A stretch of DNA of 64,000 bases. Source: Promethearchaeota archaeon (GTDB lineage Archaea > Asgardarchaeota > Lokiarchaeia > Sigyniarchaeales > SOKP01). Both the position numbers and the translations under genes were made by a program. This document shows positions 29,646 to 38,734 of the stretch, in pieces. Below the pieces are notes generated by a model. The model ran no database searches and was not told where the DNA came from. It was given only the letters and a program-made list of their open reading frames with translations. The stretch spans positions 192,001 to 256,000 of the forward strand of contig JBHLOY010000003.1 in assembly GCA_048939995.1 (NCBI GenBank), written 5' to 3'. How positions within the stretch are numbered: the first letter of the stretch is position 1; every line of letters begins with the position of its first letter.

Positions 29646-31061
29646 TTAATTTTGATATTTTGCAAATTGAATTTGGCTCAATTCAGCAAACCCTTCTGGA
29701 TTATTGAAACCAAGACCTGGCATCATCCATCTTGGATTTTTCTCACCATATTGCCTCAATAGGTGGAATAAGTCTGTCTCTTTAATTTGTGGTGATATAT
29801 AAAACCTAGGTTTTAGTAAATTCTCATTCTGTTGTATTATTCCCTCTTCTTCAGCAATACGTTGAAGTGGAGTATGGGGGTAGATTCTCATCCCTATAAA
29901 TATGATAACATCTCCATCACCTTGCCATAGATTTCTCTTATAGTTTTCTAAAGTTTCTAACCGATCTAACGAGATTCTAATACTTTTAAGAGTCTCTCCT
30001 GGGCCTCCAACAATAACATGTATCAATTGTTCGATTCCTAAATCAAAGCACTTTTTTGAAGTAAGAATCGCATCATCTGAAGTTCTTTCTTTATTCATAT
30101 TTTTTAACATCTCTTCAGAAAGAGATTCTATACCCGTAGCAAAGTGAATAGCACCACTTTCTCTCATCATCGGCATTAAATCAAGAAATTTTCTACTAGG
30201 AACGTAATTTGCTCCCCAGTTAATATCAATTTTTTGTTTAATAATCTCTTGACATGTTTCCTTTACGTGATCATAATTTAAGTTGAATAAACTATCTACA
30301 ATAAAAATATTTTTAATTCCATAATTGTTTATTATTATATCTAATTCTTCTGCAATGTTTTTCGGAGATCGATAACGAACATTGGACCCTTCTATGTATT
30401 TATAACTACAATAAATACAATTCATTGGGCAACCGCGTTTAGTTTGAATATTAGCCCAAATCGGACCCGATTTTTTCATAGGATCAATAAGGTATGCATC
30501 ATTATCTATTAAGGCCCTTAATGGAAAAGGAAGTTCATTTAAATTTTCAACTCGCCATGGTGGACTTTGGTGGTATTTACCCGTATTGCTTAGAAAGCAT
30601 ACACCGCGTTCAATTTTTTTGGGATTCTCATGATTTTTAATCTTTTCTAATATTTCAGCAAATACAAGTTCACCATCCCCAACAACGCCTATATCGTGCT
30701 TTAAATCACGTAAAATCTCCTCCGAAAAAATAGAAAACCCTGCTCCACCTAAAATTATTGGAATATGGGGCTCAACTAGTTGTTTAAGGTATTGAAGAAT
30801 ATTTTTAACGGGTAGATAAAAAAATAGATTCCCAGGATAAGTAGTTGAATCGACATTTCTGATCGAAAAACCTATTACGTGAGGATTAAAGTCATATATT
30901 GCTTTCGAAATATCTTGTTTATAATTATTACTTAAAGTCAAATCTAGTAACTTCACTTCATGACCTCGATTCATTAAGAAAGAAGCTAAATATGCTTCTC
31001 CTATTGGAGGTACCATCACATGGACTATCTCTCGACTTCCAGAAATTATTAACACTCTCAC
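29646..31061 (-). CDS. B12-binding radical SAM protein (class B methyltransferase-like)
   Basis: PPIGEAYLAS..GHEVKLLDL, IGFSIRNVD, ILGGAG, VGDGE, QTKRGCPMNCIYC, GIESLS, GGPGET. Confidence 0.9.
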   Translation of the reverse strand: MRVLIISGSREIVHVMVPPIGEAYLASFLMNRGHEVKLLDLTLSNNYKQDISKAIYDFNPHVIGFSIRNVDSTTYPGNLFFYLPVKNILQYLKQLVEPHIPIILGGAGFSIFSEEILRDLKHDIGVVGDGELVFAEILEKIKNHENPKKIERGVCFLSNTGKYHQSPPWRVENLNELPFPLRALIDNDAYLIDPMKKSGPIWANIQTKRGCPMNCIYCSYKYIEGSNVRYRSPKNIAEELDIIINNYGIKNIFIVDSLFNLNYDHVKETCQEIIKQKIDINWGANYVPSRKFLDLMPMMRESGAIHFATGIESLSEEMLKNMNKERTSDDAILTSKKCFDLGIEQLIHVIVGGPGETLKSIRISLDRLETLENYKRNLWQGDGDVIIFIGMRIYPHTPLQRIAEEEGIIQQNENLLKPRFYISPQIKETDLFHLLRQYGEKNPRWMMPGLGFNNPEGFAELSQIQFAKYQN

Positions 31062-31090
31062 AGTTTTTCTACCCCAATTAATCTCTAATG

Positions 31091-32488
31091 TTATTTTTCA
31101 AGTAATTCAATTTTTTTAGCCACATTAACTTCATGTTTGTGATCATTTTCATGCCAGCAGAATGGAAATGAGCCAAAGAAATCTCCAGTAATATATTCTG
31201 CAGTTACTCGACAACCACCACCGCAATATTTGAGGTGATGACAATCTGCACATTTTCCTCTAATCTTTTTTCTATCACGAATATCCTTATATAGTTGGGA
31301 ATTTAATACATCTTCAAAATTATCCTTTAGGGCATTTCCTAACGTTAAAGAGGTAGGGTATCCCGCAGGATAAATAGTTCCATCTATTCCAATACCCATC
31401 ATTGTTCTACAAGCTAAACACCCTACCCCCCATTCAATTGCAGCCAATTCCTTGTCATCTTGTGGTTGTTCCATAAACGGAACCATATCATAAATTTCAT
31501 AGGCAGGTAGTGTGCCAGCTTTACCTTTTCTTATCGTTTCAATTGCATGCTTATATTTAAAATTATACATTTTTTTATATTCTTCTGTACTAAGCCCTAT
31601 TTCATTCCAAAATTGAGCTGCTCGATTTTGTTTAACTACACATCTAAAATATGGTTGTGAACCCCATCTCTCAGATAATTCTTTAAGTTCTTCTAATTCA
31701 TCAATATTTTGTTTCATGACTGTTATTGATGAACATACAAAAATCCCATACTTTAAGCAAAGATCTATAGCCTTTTTGGCATATACTAAGGAATTTGAGA
31801 ATCCTCGTATGTGATCATTCTTTTCTGGGTCTGCACTGTCAAAACTAACAAATATGTGACTAATATTATTAACTTTGCACATTTTAGCAAATTTTTCATT
31901 AAACTGAACTCCATTGGTGATAAGAGCATGAATATAGTCTTTTTCTTTGCAAAATCTCATGATCTCACCGATATCTTTTCGCAAGGTAGGTTCACCACCA
32001 AACCATACGAAACATGCATGTCTTCCTTGTTTTCTTAAGCCCATTTCAACATTATCTATTATCTGACACCATTGGTCCTTGGATAGTTCGGATCGTGGTG
32101 CAAGATCATCAGCAGCACAATGAATACATCTTTGGTTGCACTTATCTGTAAGATACATTGCAAAATGTATGTTTCCAGGATGGAATCCTCTTTCTAGTTT
32201 TTGCCAGGAGACTTTGAGGCGATCTTTTATATCTTTCAGTTCTATATAACGCTCAACATCAATGCCTAATTTAGTTAAATCTTCAACCATCACGGGTTTA
32301 AAGGCTTTAGGGATAATATCAAAAATCCCTAAGATTACATCTGGATCATTAATATAAGCACCGTTTCTTTCAAGACACCTTTTTTCTGCAGCCTCTACAA
32401 TTAAGGGTTCGACTGAAGGTCTAAACCCCTGGGGCATCTGTTCTACTATTCGATTAAATAATAGTTGTGTTTCTTTTTCCCATTCCAT
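31091..32488 (-). CDS. Radical SAM/SPASM protein with N-terminal DUF2621-like module (paralogue A)
   Basis: CNQRCIHC, FGGEPTLR, TNG, GCLAC, CADCHHLKYCGGGCR..C. Confidence 0.9.
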   Translation of the reverse strand: MEWEKETQLLFNRIVEQMPQGFRPSVEPLIVEAAEKRCLERNGAYINDPDVILGIFDIIPKAFKPVMVEDLTKLGIDVERYIELKDIKDRLKVSWQKLERGFHPGNIHFAMYLTDKCNQRCIHCAADDLAPRSELSKDQWCQIIDNVEMGLRKQGRHACFVWFGGEPTLRKDIGEIMRFCKEKDYIHALITNGVQFNEKFAKMCKVNNISHIFVSFDSADPEKNDHIRGFSNSLVYAKKAIDLCLKYGIFVCSSITVMKQNIDELEELKELSERWGSQPYFRCVVKQNRAAQFWNEIGLSTEEYKKMYNFKYKHAIETIRKGKAGTLPAYEIYDMVPFMEQPQDDKELAAIEWGVGCLACRTMMGIGIDGTIYPAGYPTSLTLGNALKDNFEDVLNSQLYKDIRDRKKIRGKCADCHHLKYCGGGCRVTAEYITGDFFGSFPFCWHENDHKHEVNVAKKIELLEK

Positions 32489-32500
32489 TAAATTACACCC

Positions 32501-33868
32501 TCAAGAGCAACCTTTATGATTGTGATCATCATTATGCCAACAAAATGGGAGTGCTGCCAAGAAATCACCTGTTTCATTTTCAGCATGAACTCTACATCCA
32601 CCTCCACATAAATCGAGATGATGACATGTGGAACATTTTCCTTTTATTTTTCTGTCTCTAATAGCTTTAAACATTTCACTTTCCATAATTTCATTGAAAT
32701 CTTGTTTGAAAACATTTCCTAAAGTTAATTTAGAGGGATAATCACATGGAAAAAAATCTCCATTGACATCAATACCTGAAACAGAACGACATGCTTGACA
32801 TCCTACGCCCCACTCTAATGCGGTTCGTTCTTCATCAGTACGAGGGCATTCCATAAAAGGGACCATATCATAAGTATATACTTTATTCAAGAAAGACGCT
32901 TCACCTTTTCTAATAGCCTCAACTGCATGCTTATATTTGAACTCGTAAAATTGGCGATATTCCTCATAACTTAATCCAATTTCATCCCAATTTTTATCCG
33001 CTGTACGTTGTTTAATTACCGCTCTAAAATAAGGTATAGCACCTAAAGTTTCTAATTTCTTTTTAATGTCCTCTAATTCATCAAAATTTTCTTTCTGAAC
33101 TGTTGCTGTACAAATTACCAAATGTCCATAATCTGTTGCTAATTTTATGGCTTTCTCAGCTGCCTCACCTGCTTTTGGAACCCCTCGAATTTTCGCTGCT
33201 CGTTCGGGATAAACACTATCATAACTGATAAATACATGATGCATCTTTGCCTCAGCACATAGTTTAGCTAAATCTTCTGTAAATAGTATTCCATTGGTAG
33301 AAATGGCTTGGTAATATCCTTTTTCACCGCAATATTTTATTAAATCTCCAAGATCTTTACGTAGAGTTGGTTCTCCACCAAACCATATATAACACCCCTT
33401 TCGACCTTGTTTTCTCAACGTTTGCTCCACATTTTCTATAATCTTTATCCACTCCTCTGTGGAAAATTCTGGACGATGTTCATACAATCCAGCAGCACAG
33501 TGTAGGCATTTTTGATTGCATCGATCAGTTAAATACATAGTAAAATGGTAGACTCCAGGAGCCCATGCTCCCCCAATTTCGTCCCATGTACGTGCATACT
33601 TTTTCCTGATCTCTGATAGTTTTACATATCTTCCTGTATCAATTCCTAATTTCTTTAAATCCTCGATTACTGTCGGTTGAAATGCTTCTGGCGTTATTTC
33701 AAACAGCGCTGATAATAAATCATCCCGACTTACAAATCCAGAGTTCCTAAGTATTGCAGTTTTTTCAGCAGCTTCCCGTAACATTGGAGCAACAGATAAA
33801 CGAAAAGCCTCAGGAACTTGTTCTGTGATCTGTTTATATAGATTTTCTATTTCTTTTGTCCAATCCAA
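32501..33868 (-). CDS. Radical SAM/SPASM protein with N-terminal DUF2621-like module (paralogue B)
   Basis: CNQKCLHC, FGGEPTLR, GCQAC..FPC, CSTCHHLDLCGGGCR..C. Confidence 0.9.
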   Translation of the reverse strand: MDWTKEIENLYKQITEQVPEAFRLSVAPMLREAAEKTAILRNSGFVSRDDLLSALFEITPEAFQPTVIEDLKKLGIDTGRYVKLSEIRKKYARTWDEIGGAWAPGVYHFTMYLTDRCNQKCLHCAAGLYEHRPEFSTEEWIKIIENVEQTLRKQGRKGCYIWFGGEPTLRKDLGDLIKYCGEKGYYQAISTNGILFTEDLAKLCAEAKMHHVFISYDSVYPERAAKIRGVPKAGEAAEKAIKLATDYGHLVICTATVQKENFDELEDIKKKLETLGAIPYFRAVIKQRTADKNWDEIGLSYEEYRQFYEFKYKHAVEAIRKGEASFLNKVYTYDMVPFMECPRTDEERTALEWGVGCQACRSVSGIDVNGDFFPCDYPSKLTLGNVFKQDFNEIMESEMFKAIRDRKIKGKCSTCHHLDLCGGGCRVHAENETGDFLAALPFCWHNDDHNHKGCS

Positions 33869-33989
33869 CTTTTTTACCTCTTTTTGTTTTTAAAATTATT
33901 TAATATATTTAAAAAAGATTTGAATTTAGTCTTAAAAGTCAACATAATATCAGAAAAGGTGTTATAATTAATTATAATAAAATCACCGC

Positions 33990-35399
33990 CTATTTTTTTA
34001 AAAGACCATGACGTTTTAGTCCATCCCTCATATCTGCTTGAAATGCTGCAGGAGTTCCTTCGATAAATGCTTCAATAATGTCTTCATTTTCAATCTCCAT
34101 AGAAGCCCTCTTTTTTGCCTTATCTTCTGCTAATGATGAAATTGCCATCCTTGCCATAGATTGGAATTGAGGGGGTGTTAATTTTATTAGCTCGTTAAAG
34201 ATTTTAATAGTTTCTGGGTTCCACGAAAGACCTGCTGTTTTCTTTTCTTCTTTAGGTTTAGCAGGTTCAACACCAAATTCACGACTTGTCAATATCTCTT
34301 CCATATATCTTTGTATAGATTGGACATATTTAGTCGATTCGTCTTTATCTAAATATACTGCCTTTTTCGCCCATTCTTCGCAGTAATTACATTCATCACA
34401 CATCGCTAAACAATTTTGTTTCTTAAAGAATTCAATAAAACCGTTTAACTTAGTATTATCGATTATTAGTTTCGATATTGACTCTTTTCTGATGGTTTGC
34501 CTAAATCCTGCAACTGGATCTTTTTCCTGCATACCTCCAAACGAAATTGAGAACCCTTCAATAATATCTATGAGATTTCCCTCGTATTTTCGGGATGAAA
34601 ATGCTTTTACCGATCTGATAATCCATGAAGTGGGCATCATACGTCCTGCGATTTTAAAGCTATGAATTCCAATCGCCTCGTAGTGAGATAAATCTTCGGG
34701 ACGAACCCATCTACATTTTATCACCTCAGTAGGATTCGAGAATTTGATACTACTACAGTTTAAAATGCATGTGTCAATATAACGGCATTCAAACTGTTGA
34801 TAAGTCTGAGAAGCGTGTCCCAAGATATTGTAATGGTATAGTCTAAACGGACATTGGTATAAACATCCATCTGTTAAGAGCAAAACGATTTTGCATTTTA
34901 CTGCTTTTTGTATTTTTTCTAAAGACTTGAAATCTCGATTTATCATTACATCAGGGGTAATCTCATCAGCACCAAGCGATTCATAAAATTTTGCACGATT
35001 CACGCTATTAACATGAGAAACAGTTGACACACGCACTTTGAGTTTAGGGAACTGCTCCTTAATTAGTTGTATTAATAAAGGAATCGACACAATAACATTA
35101 TCAGCACCAATATCACTAATCCATTGCAAATATTTGAGCAGTTCTTTATGATAGTACGGATCATATTCCATATTATTCATACAGGGAGCGTTCAAAGCGT
35201 AAGAAAACTTCATTTTATTCTTATGCACTTTACTAATATATTCTATAATCTCTTCTTCATTGACTTCTTTTAATAAGAAGAATGGGCGACCACCTCCTAC
35301 TATCGAATGAGGAGCTGTGCCGTAGAGATCGACAACGGGAAATTTCGCCAATGCGTCTATAAGATTTGTATCCCAATTCGTTGCTACATAAAAATTAAT
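33990..35399 (-). CDS. Peptidase U32 family Fe-S protein (UbiU/UbiV/TrhP-like hydroxylase) with C-terminal DUF2621-like module
   Basis: FSYALNAPC, RVSTVSHV, INRDF, GCLYQC..H..C..C, WVRPEDL, FKIAGR; frame is open upstream of the track start 35351 to ATT 35399 (MNFYVATNWD) behind AGGTGA. Confidence 0.85.
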   Translation of the reverse strand: MNFYVATNWDTNLIDALAKFPVVDLYGTAPHSIVGGGRPFFLLKEVNEEEIIEYISKVHKNKMKFSYALNAPCMNNMEYDPYYHKELLKYLQWISDIGADNVIVSIPLLIQLIKEQFPKLKVRVSTVSHVNSVNRAKFYESLGADEITPDVMINRDFKSLEKIQKAVKCKIVLLLTDGCLYQCPFRLYHYNILGHASQTYQQFECRYIDTCILNCSSIKFSNPTEVIKCRWVRPEDLSHYEAIGIHSFKIAGRMMPTSWIIRSVKAFSSRKYEGNLIDIIEGFSISFGGMQEKDPVAGFRQTIRKESISKLIIDNTKLNGFIEFFKKQNCLAMCDECNYCEEWAKKAVYLDKDESTKYVQSIQRYMEEILTSREFGVEPAKPKEEKKTAGLSWNPETIKIFNELIKLTPPQFQSMARMAISSLAEDKAKKRASMEIENEDIIEAFIEGTPAAFQADMRDGLKRHGLLKK

Positions 35400-35435
35400 T
35401 CTTTTTCACCTTTATTAGAGGTTTAAATATTTTTT

Positions 35436-35606
35436 TTAGATTTTTTTATTTAATTTTTTTTGAAATATTGATTTTAAATTACCTTTTAATAGTGAAATCT
35501 CGTCCCATTGTATAATAAGCGGGATTTGGACAATCATTTTTCCGCCTATTGGCGGAACCATTACATGATGTATTTCTCGACTCCCATTAATTATTAACAC
35601 ACGCAT
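35436..35606 (-). pseudogene. Internally deleted relic of a second B12-radical SAM paralogue
   Basis: Translates MRVLIINGSREIHHVMVPPIG, versus MRVLIISGSREIVHVMVPPIG at 31061; similarity then stops abruptly. Confidence 0.75.
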
Positions 35607-35747
35607 TTTCCTTGCTCACTAAGAAATATTTGGTTTACATATCGAATTTTTAATATTTGTTTTAGAAAACTTATTTTAAAATCTAGGTTCCGAAGGCAAG
35701 CCTGTTTTTTCGCAGCTTCGCGAGTAAATATAAAATCAGAAACGGAT

Positions 35748-36443
35748 TTAATTCTTAAACCCCCTCCCGTTGAAAATATTTGTTAGGATTAGATTATTAT
35801 AATTTTTTAAAAAAGATTTGACACGCCTAATAATTTTCAGGAATAGAATGATGGTAGAATTTTCAAATAATTTATTACTTTTATTTAAAGTAAATGAGAA
35901 TAATATATTATAGATTTTATCTTTAAAATGATAATGCGAATTATAAAGATATTCATGGTTTTTAACGTTAAATAGATTTTCGATCTCAAAAGCGTGATTA
36001 ATTAGTGGATACTTATTGATCTCATAAAAATTGAATAGTTTCTCTGCATCTTGAGCTAAATAGTAAGTTTCTTCAGATCCAGAAGCCCCTAGATACGAAT
36101 ACATTAAAATTGGATTAAATTCATCTAAACATACTCTTTTAAAATAGTGATAAATACTGCTTTGAATGTAACCAATAATATTAATTAAAATAAAGATATC
36201 AATTAAGTGCCCTAGACTAAATTGAAAACTGCTAAATGGTTCGGGCAGATACCATAGTAGATTTAAATTTGGCAAAATTGGAATAAAGAGGGAACTTCCT
36301 GTCCCTATATAATCATTCAAGAAAGAAGATATGCTTGAAATATCTCTTATAAATAAATAAAACAATGCGATTGGAATACATGAAAAAATAAAAAGTAAAA
36401 TAATGATTACTCTTAATTTATTAGATCTCTTATCATCCTGCAC
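35748..36443 (-). CDS. Hypothetical membrane protein (possibly degenerate)
   Basis: 231-aa ORF with two or three hydrophobic segments, GTG start after GGAG. Confidence 0.45.
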   Translation of the reverse strand: MQDDKRSNKLRVIIILLFIFSCIPIALFYLFIRDISSISSFLNDYIGTGSSLFIPILPNLNLLWYLPEPFSSFQFSLGHLIDIFILINIIGYIQSSIYHYFKRVCLDEFNPILMYSYLGASGSEETYYLAQDAEKLFNFYEINKYPLINHAFEIENLFNVKNHEYLYNSHYHFKDKIYNILFSFTLNKSNKLFENSTIILFLKIIRRVKSFLKNYNNLILTNIFNGRGFKN

Positions 36444-36675
36444 TTTCTATTACTCCAAATTATCTATTTAACGATGCTTTCCTTGAATTTGCATATTAAG
36501 GATTTTTCATACTTAGTAAGCTGCACTTATTTGCTTTAAAAATCTCTATTTTCTCCAAGGGATAAAAAGTATTTAGTCAAAAAATTACTCATTTAATTTA
36601 AATCTTTTTTAGGGAGTGCAATAAAAATTTACTTAACAGTCAAAAATCTCTATAATGAAGAATATAGTTACCTAA

Positions 36676-38577
36676 CTAGATCATTGCTCTCAATTCACTT
36701 TCAGTAATGATATTTACCCCTAATTCTTGGGCTTTTGTATATTTAGCAGTTGGTTCTGTAGAATTTGTAACTAAATAGCTGAGACCTTTAACCACGCTAG
36801 TTTTTACAACCCCTCCATGTTCCTTGATAAATTGGTGAACTTCATCTCGATTTTTAAATATTTCTAAGCTTCCGGTAATACAAAAGCTTAAACCTTCTAA
36901 TTCTCTTCCTATACTACTCTTGGCTTCCTTAATCTTTACCTTGTTAGTATTTAAAACCGCTTGCATTTCAGAATATAATTTTTTAACCCCATCGAGTAAG
37001 GTTTTTGCAGTAATATCAGCAAAACCATCAACATGAGATAGTTGATAAACCGTAGCATTTCTGATCTTATCTAAACTATCAAATCCTGCATCTATAATTC
37101 GCAGGGGCAATTCCTCTCCAATATTTTCGATATTAAATCCCGCAATAAACGTTGCTAAAGGGATTTCTTTTATGGCAAATAAATTGTCTAAAGCTTTTTT
37201 GGCTGAAGTTTGTTGTACTCCCTCAAATCGTGTTAAATCCCTAACTTCTAATTCATAGAGATCAGCAATAGTTTTCACCTTTCCTGTATCAAAAAGCGGC
37301 TTTAATATAAGCTTCTCGCTAAAATGTTTAACTCCTAACTTTCTAATCCACTTGACTAACCTGCGATAGTTTATTTTTGGACATCCTTTATTTGGACAAT
37401 ATAATCGAGTTCCTTCATTAATTAAGGGAGTATTACACACTTCGCATATATACGGAACCTTTATCTCTTTTGCATTTTCTGGAGTTCTAATTACTCTTTC
37501 AATTTTAGGAATGATATCACCCCTTTTACTTATAATAACTTCAGATCCTACTTTTAATCCCAATTCTTCAATTAAGTTAGGATTTGCTAGACTTGCTCTG
37601 CTTACAGTCGTTCCCATTAGAGTAACTGGTTCTACTATCCCCACTGGGGTGTAATTGTGACCACTAATACTCCATTCTACATCTAGAAGCGTTGTTTCAA
37701 TCTCTTCCGCTTGAAATTTGAAAGCTATTTGCTTCATTGGCTTAACTCTTTTTATATCCTCTAAATCAATCTCTGGACCTTTAATTACAAGACCATCGAT
37801 GTCAAAATTTAATGTAGCTCGAAAATTATTCATAATATTTTCCCAGACGTGAATTACTTCTTTAGACGTCTTTACAGTCTTAGTTTTTACCGAAGGAAAG
37901 CCTTGGTCTTTCAACCATTTTATTTTATCAGTCTCGTTTTTGAATACAACATCATCCCTCAGACTAATTGCATCATAATAAATTAAATTTAAATCATTTG
38001 TACCAATCCCATCCTTTCTTCGTACGATCCCTGCAGCTGCATTCCTACAATTTTGCTTATCAGAATATTTCTTTTCAAACACATCGTGATATAACATAAT
38101 TTCCCCCCGCACCGCACCAGTAAAATTATCTCGGAGTTTTGGAATAAACCCCTTCATGTTTACTACATTATATGAAACATCATCTCCAACTTTACCATCT
38201 CCTCTTGTAATTGCGTACCTAAAAATCCCACTGTCGTACTGTAACTCAATACTAATCCCATCCAACTTGAATTGAATTATATAGATGGAATAATTATGTT
38301 TTTTTGCCCATTTGGAAAATTCTGCTGGGGAGGTAACCTTATCTTGTGAGGTCATAGGGATAATATGTTCCCTTTTAGTAAACAATTCTGAATGGTCTAC
38401 TCCGACTTTATACAAAATAGGGTTTTTTGGATCAAGTTGGAATAATTCATCTTCCAGAGCATCGTATTTGGCATCCGAAATCTCTGGTGATTCGTTATAA
38501 TACAAATATCTATGACGTTGGATTTCGTTTACTAAATATTCAATTCGCTTATTTACATCTTCTCGCTGTTTAGCCAT
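36676..38577 (-). CDS. ligA: NAD-dependent DNA ligase
   Basis: YYN..ISDAKYD, KLDG, TRGDG..GDDVS, VRGE, RNAAAG, IDGLVIK, AFKF, Zn finger CEVC..C..C, HhH, BRCT (FCITGSL..GG..SV). Confidence 0.95.
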   Translation of the reverse strand: MAKQREDVNKRIEYLVNEIQRHRYLYYNESPEISDAKYDALEDELFQLDPKNPILYKVGVDHSELFTKREHIIPMTSQDKVTSPAEFSKWAKKHNYSIYIIQFKLDGISIELQYDSGIFRYAITRGDGKVGDDVSYNVVNMKGFIPKLRDNFTGAVRGEIMLYHDVFEKKYSDKQNCRNAAAGIVRRKDGIGTNDLNLIYYDAISLRDDVVFKNETDKIKWLKDQGFPSVKTKTVKTSKEVIHVWENIMNNFRATLNFDIDGLVIKGPEIDLEDIKRVKPMKQIAFKFQAEEIETTLLDVEWSISGHNYTPVGIVEPVTLMGTTVSRASLANPNLIEELGLKVGSEVIISKRGDIIPKIERVIRTPENAKEIKVPYICEVCNTPLINEGTRLYCPNKGCPKINYRRLVKWIRKLGVKHFSEKLILKPLFDTGKVKTIADLYELEVRDLTRFEGVQQTSAKKALDNLFAIKEIPLATFIAGFNIENIGEELPLRIIDAGFDSLDKIRNATVYQLSHVDGFADITAKTLLDGVKKLYSEMQAVLNTNKVKIKEAKSSIGRELEGLSFCITGSLEIFKNRDEVHQFIKEHGGVVKTSVVKGLSYLVTNSTEPTAKYTKAQELGVNIITESELRAMI

Positions 38578-38734
38578 AAATCTCCCTCACAGGTTAGTAA
38601 TGTCTTTTGAAAACTAAGGTTTCGTTAAATACTTTAAGGATAACTAGCTATATAAATATCACTTGAGCATATAATTAATGATTTTAAGAAAATTATTAAG
38701 ACTAAAAATCGTTATATTTCATGCGAAGGATAAA

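Noticed and set aside
33990-35399. U32 protein as a collagenase/protease
   Set aside because: Characterised U32 members with these Cys motifs are Fe-S hydroxylation proteins, and the context is biosynthetic
27719-35606. Interpretation of the cluster as a RiPP or heme (Ahb) locus
   Set aside because: No convincing precursor peptide, PqqD/RRE domain, transporter or ahbAB genes; the ABBA, SCP2 and U32 genes point to a lipophilic aromatic product. Not fully excluded
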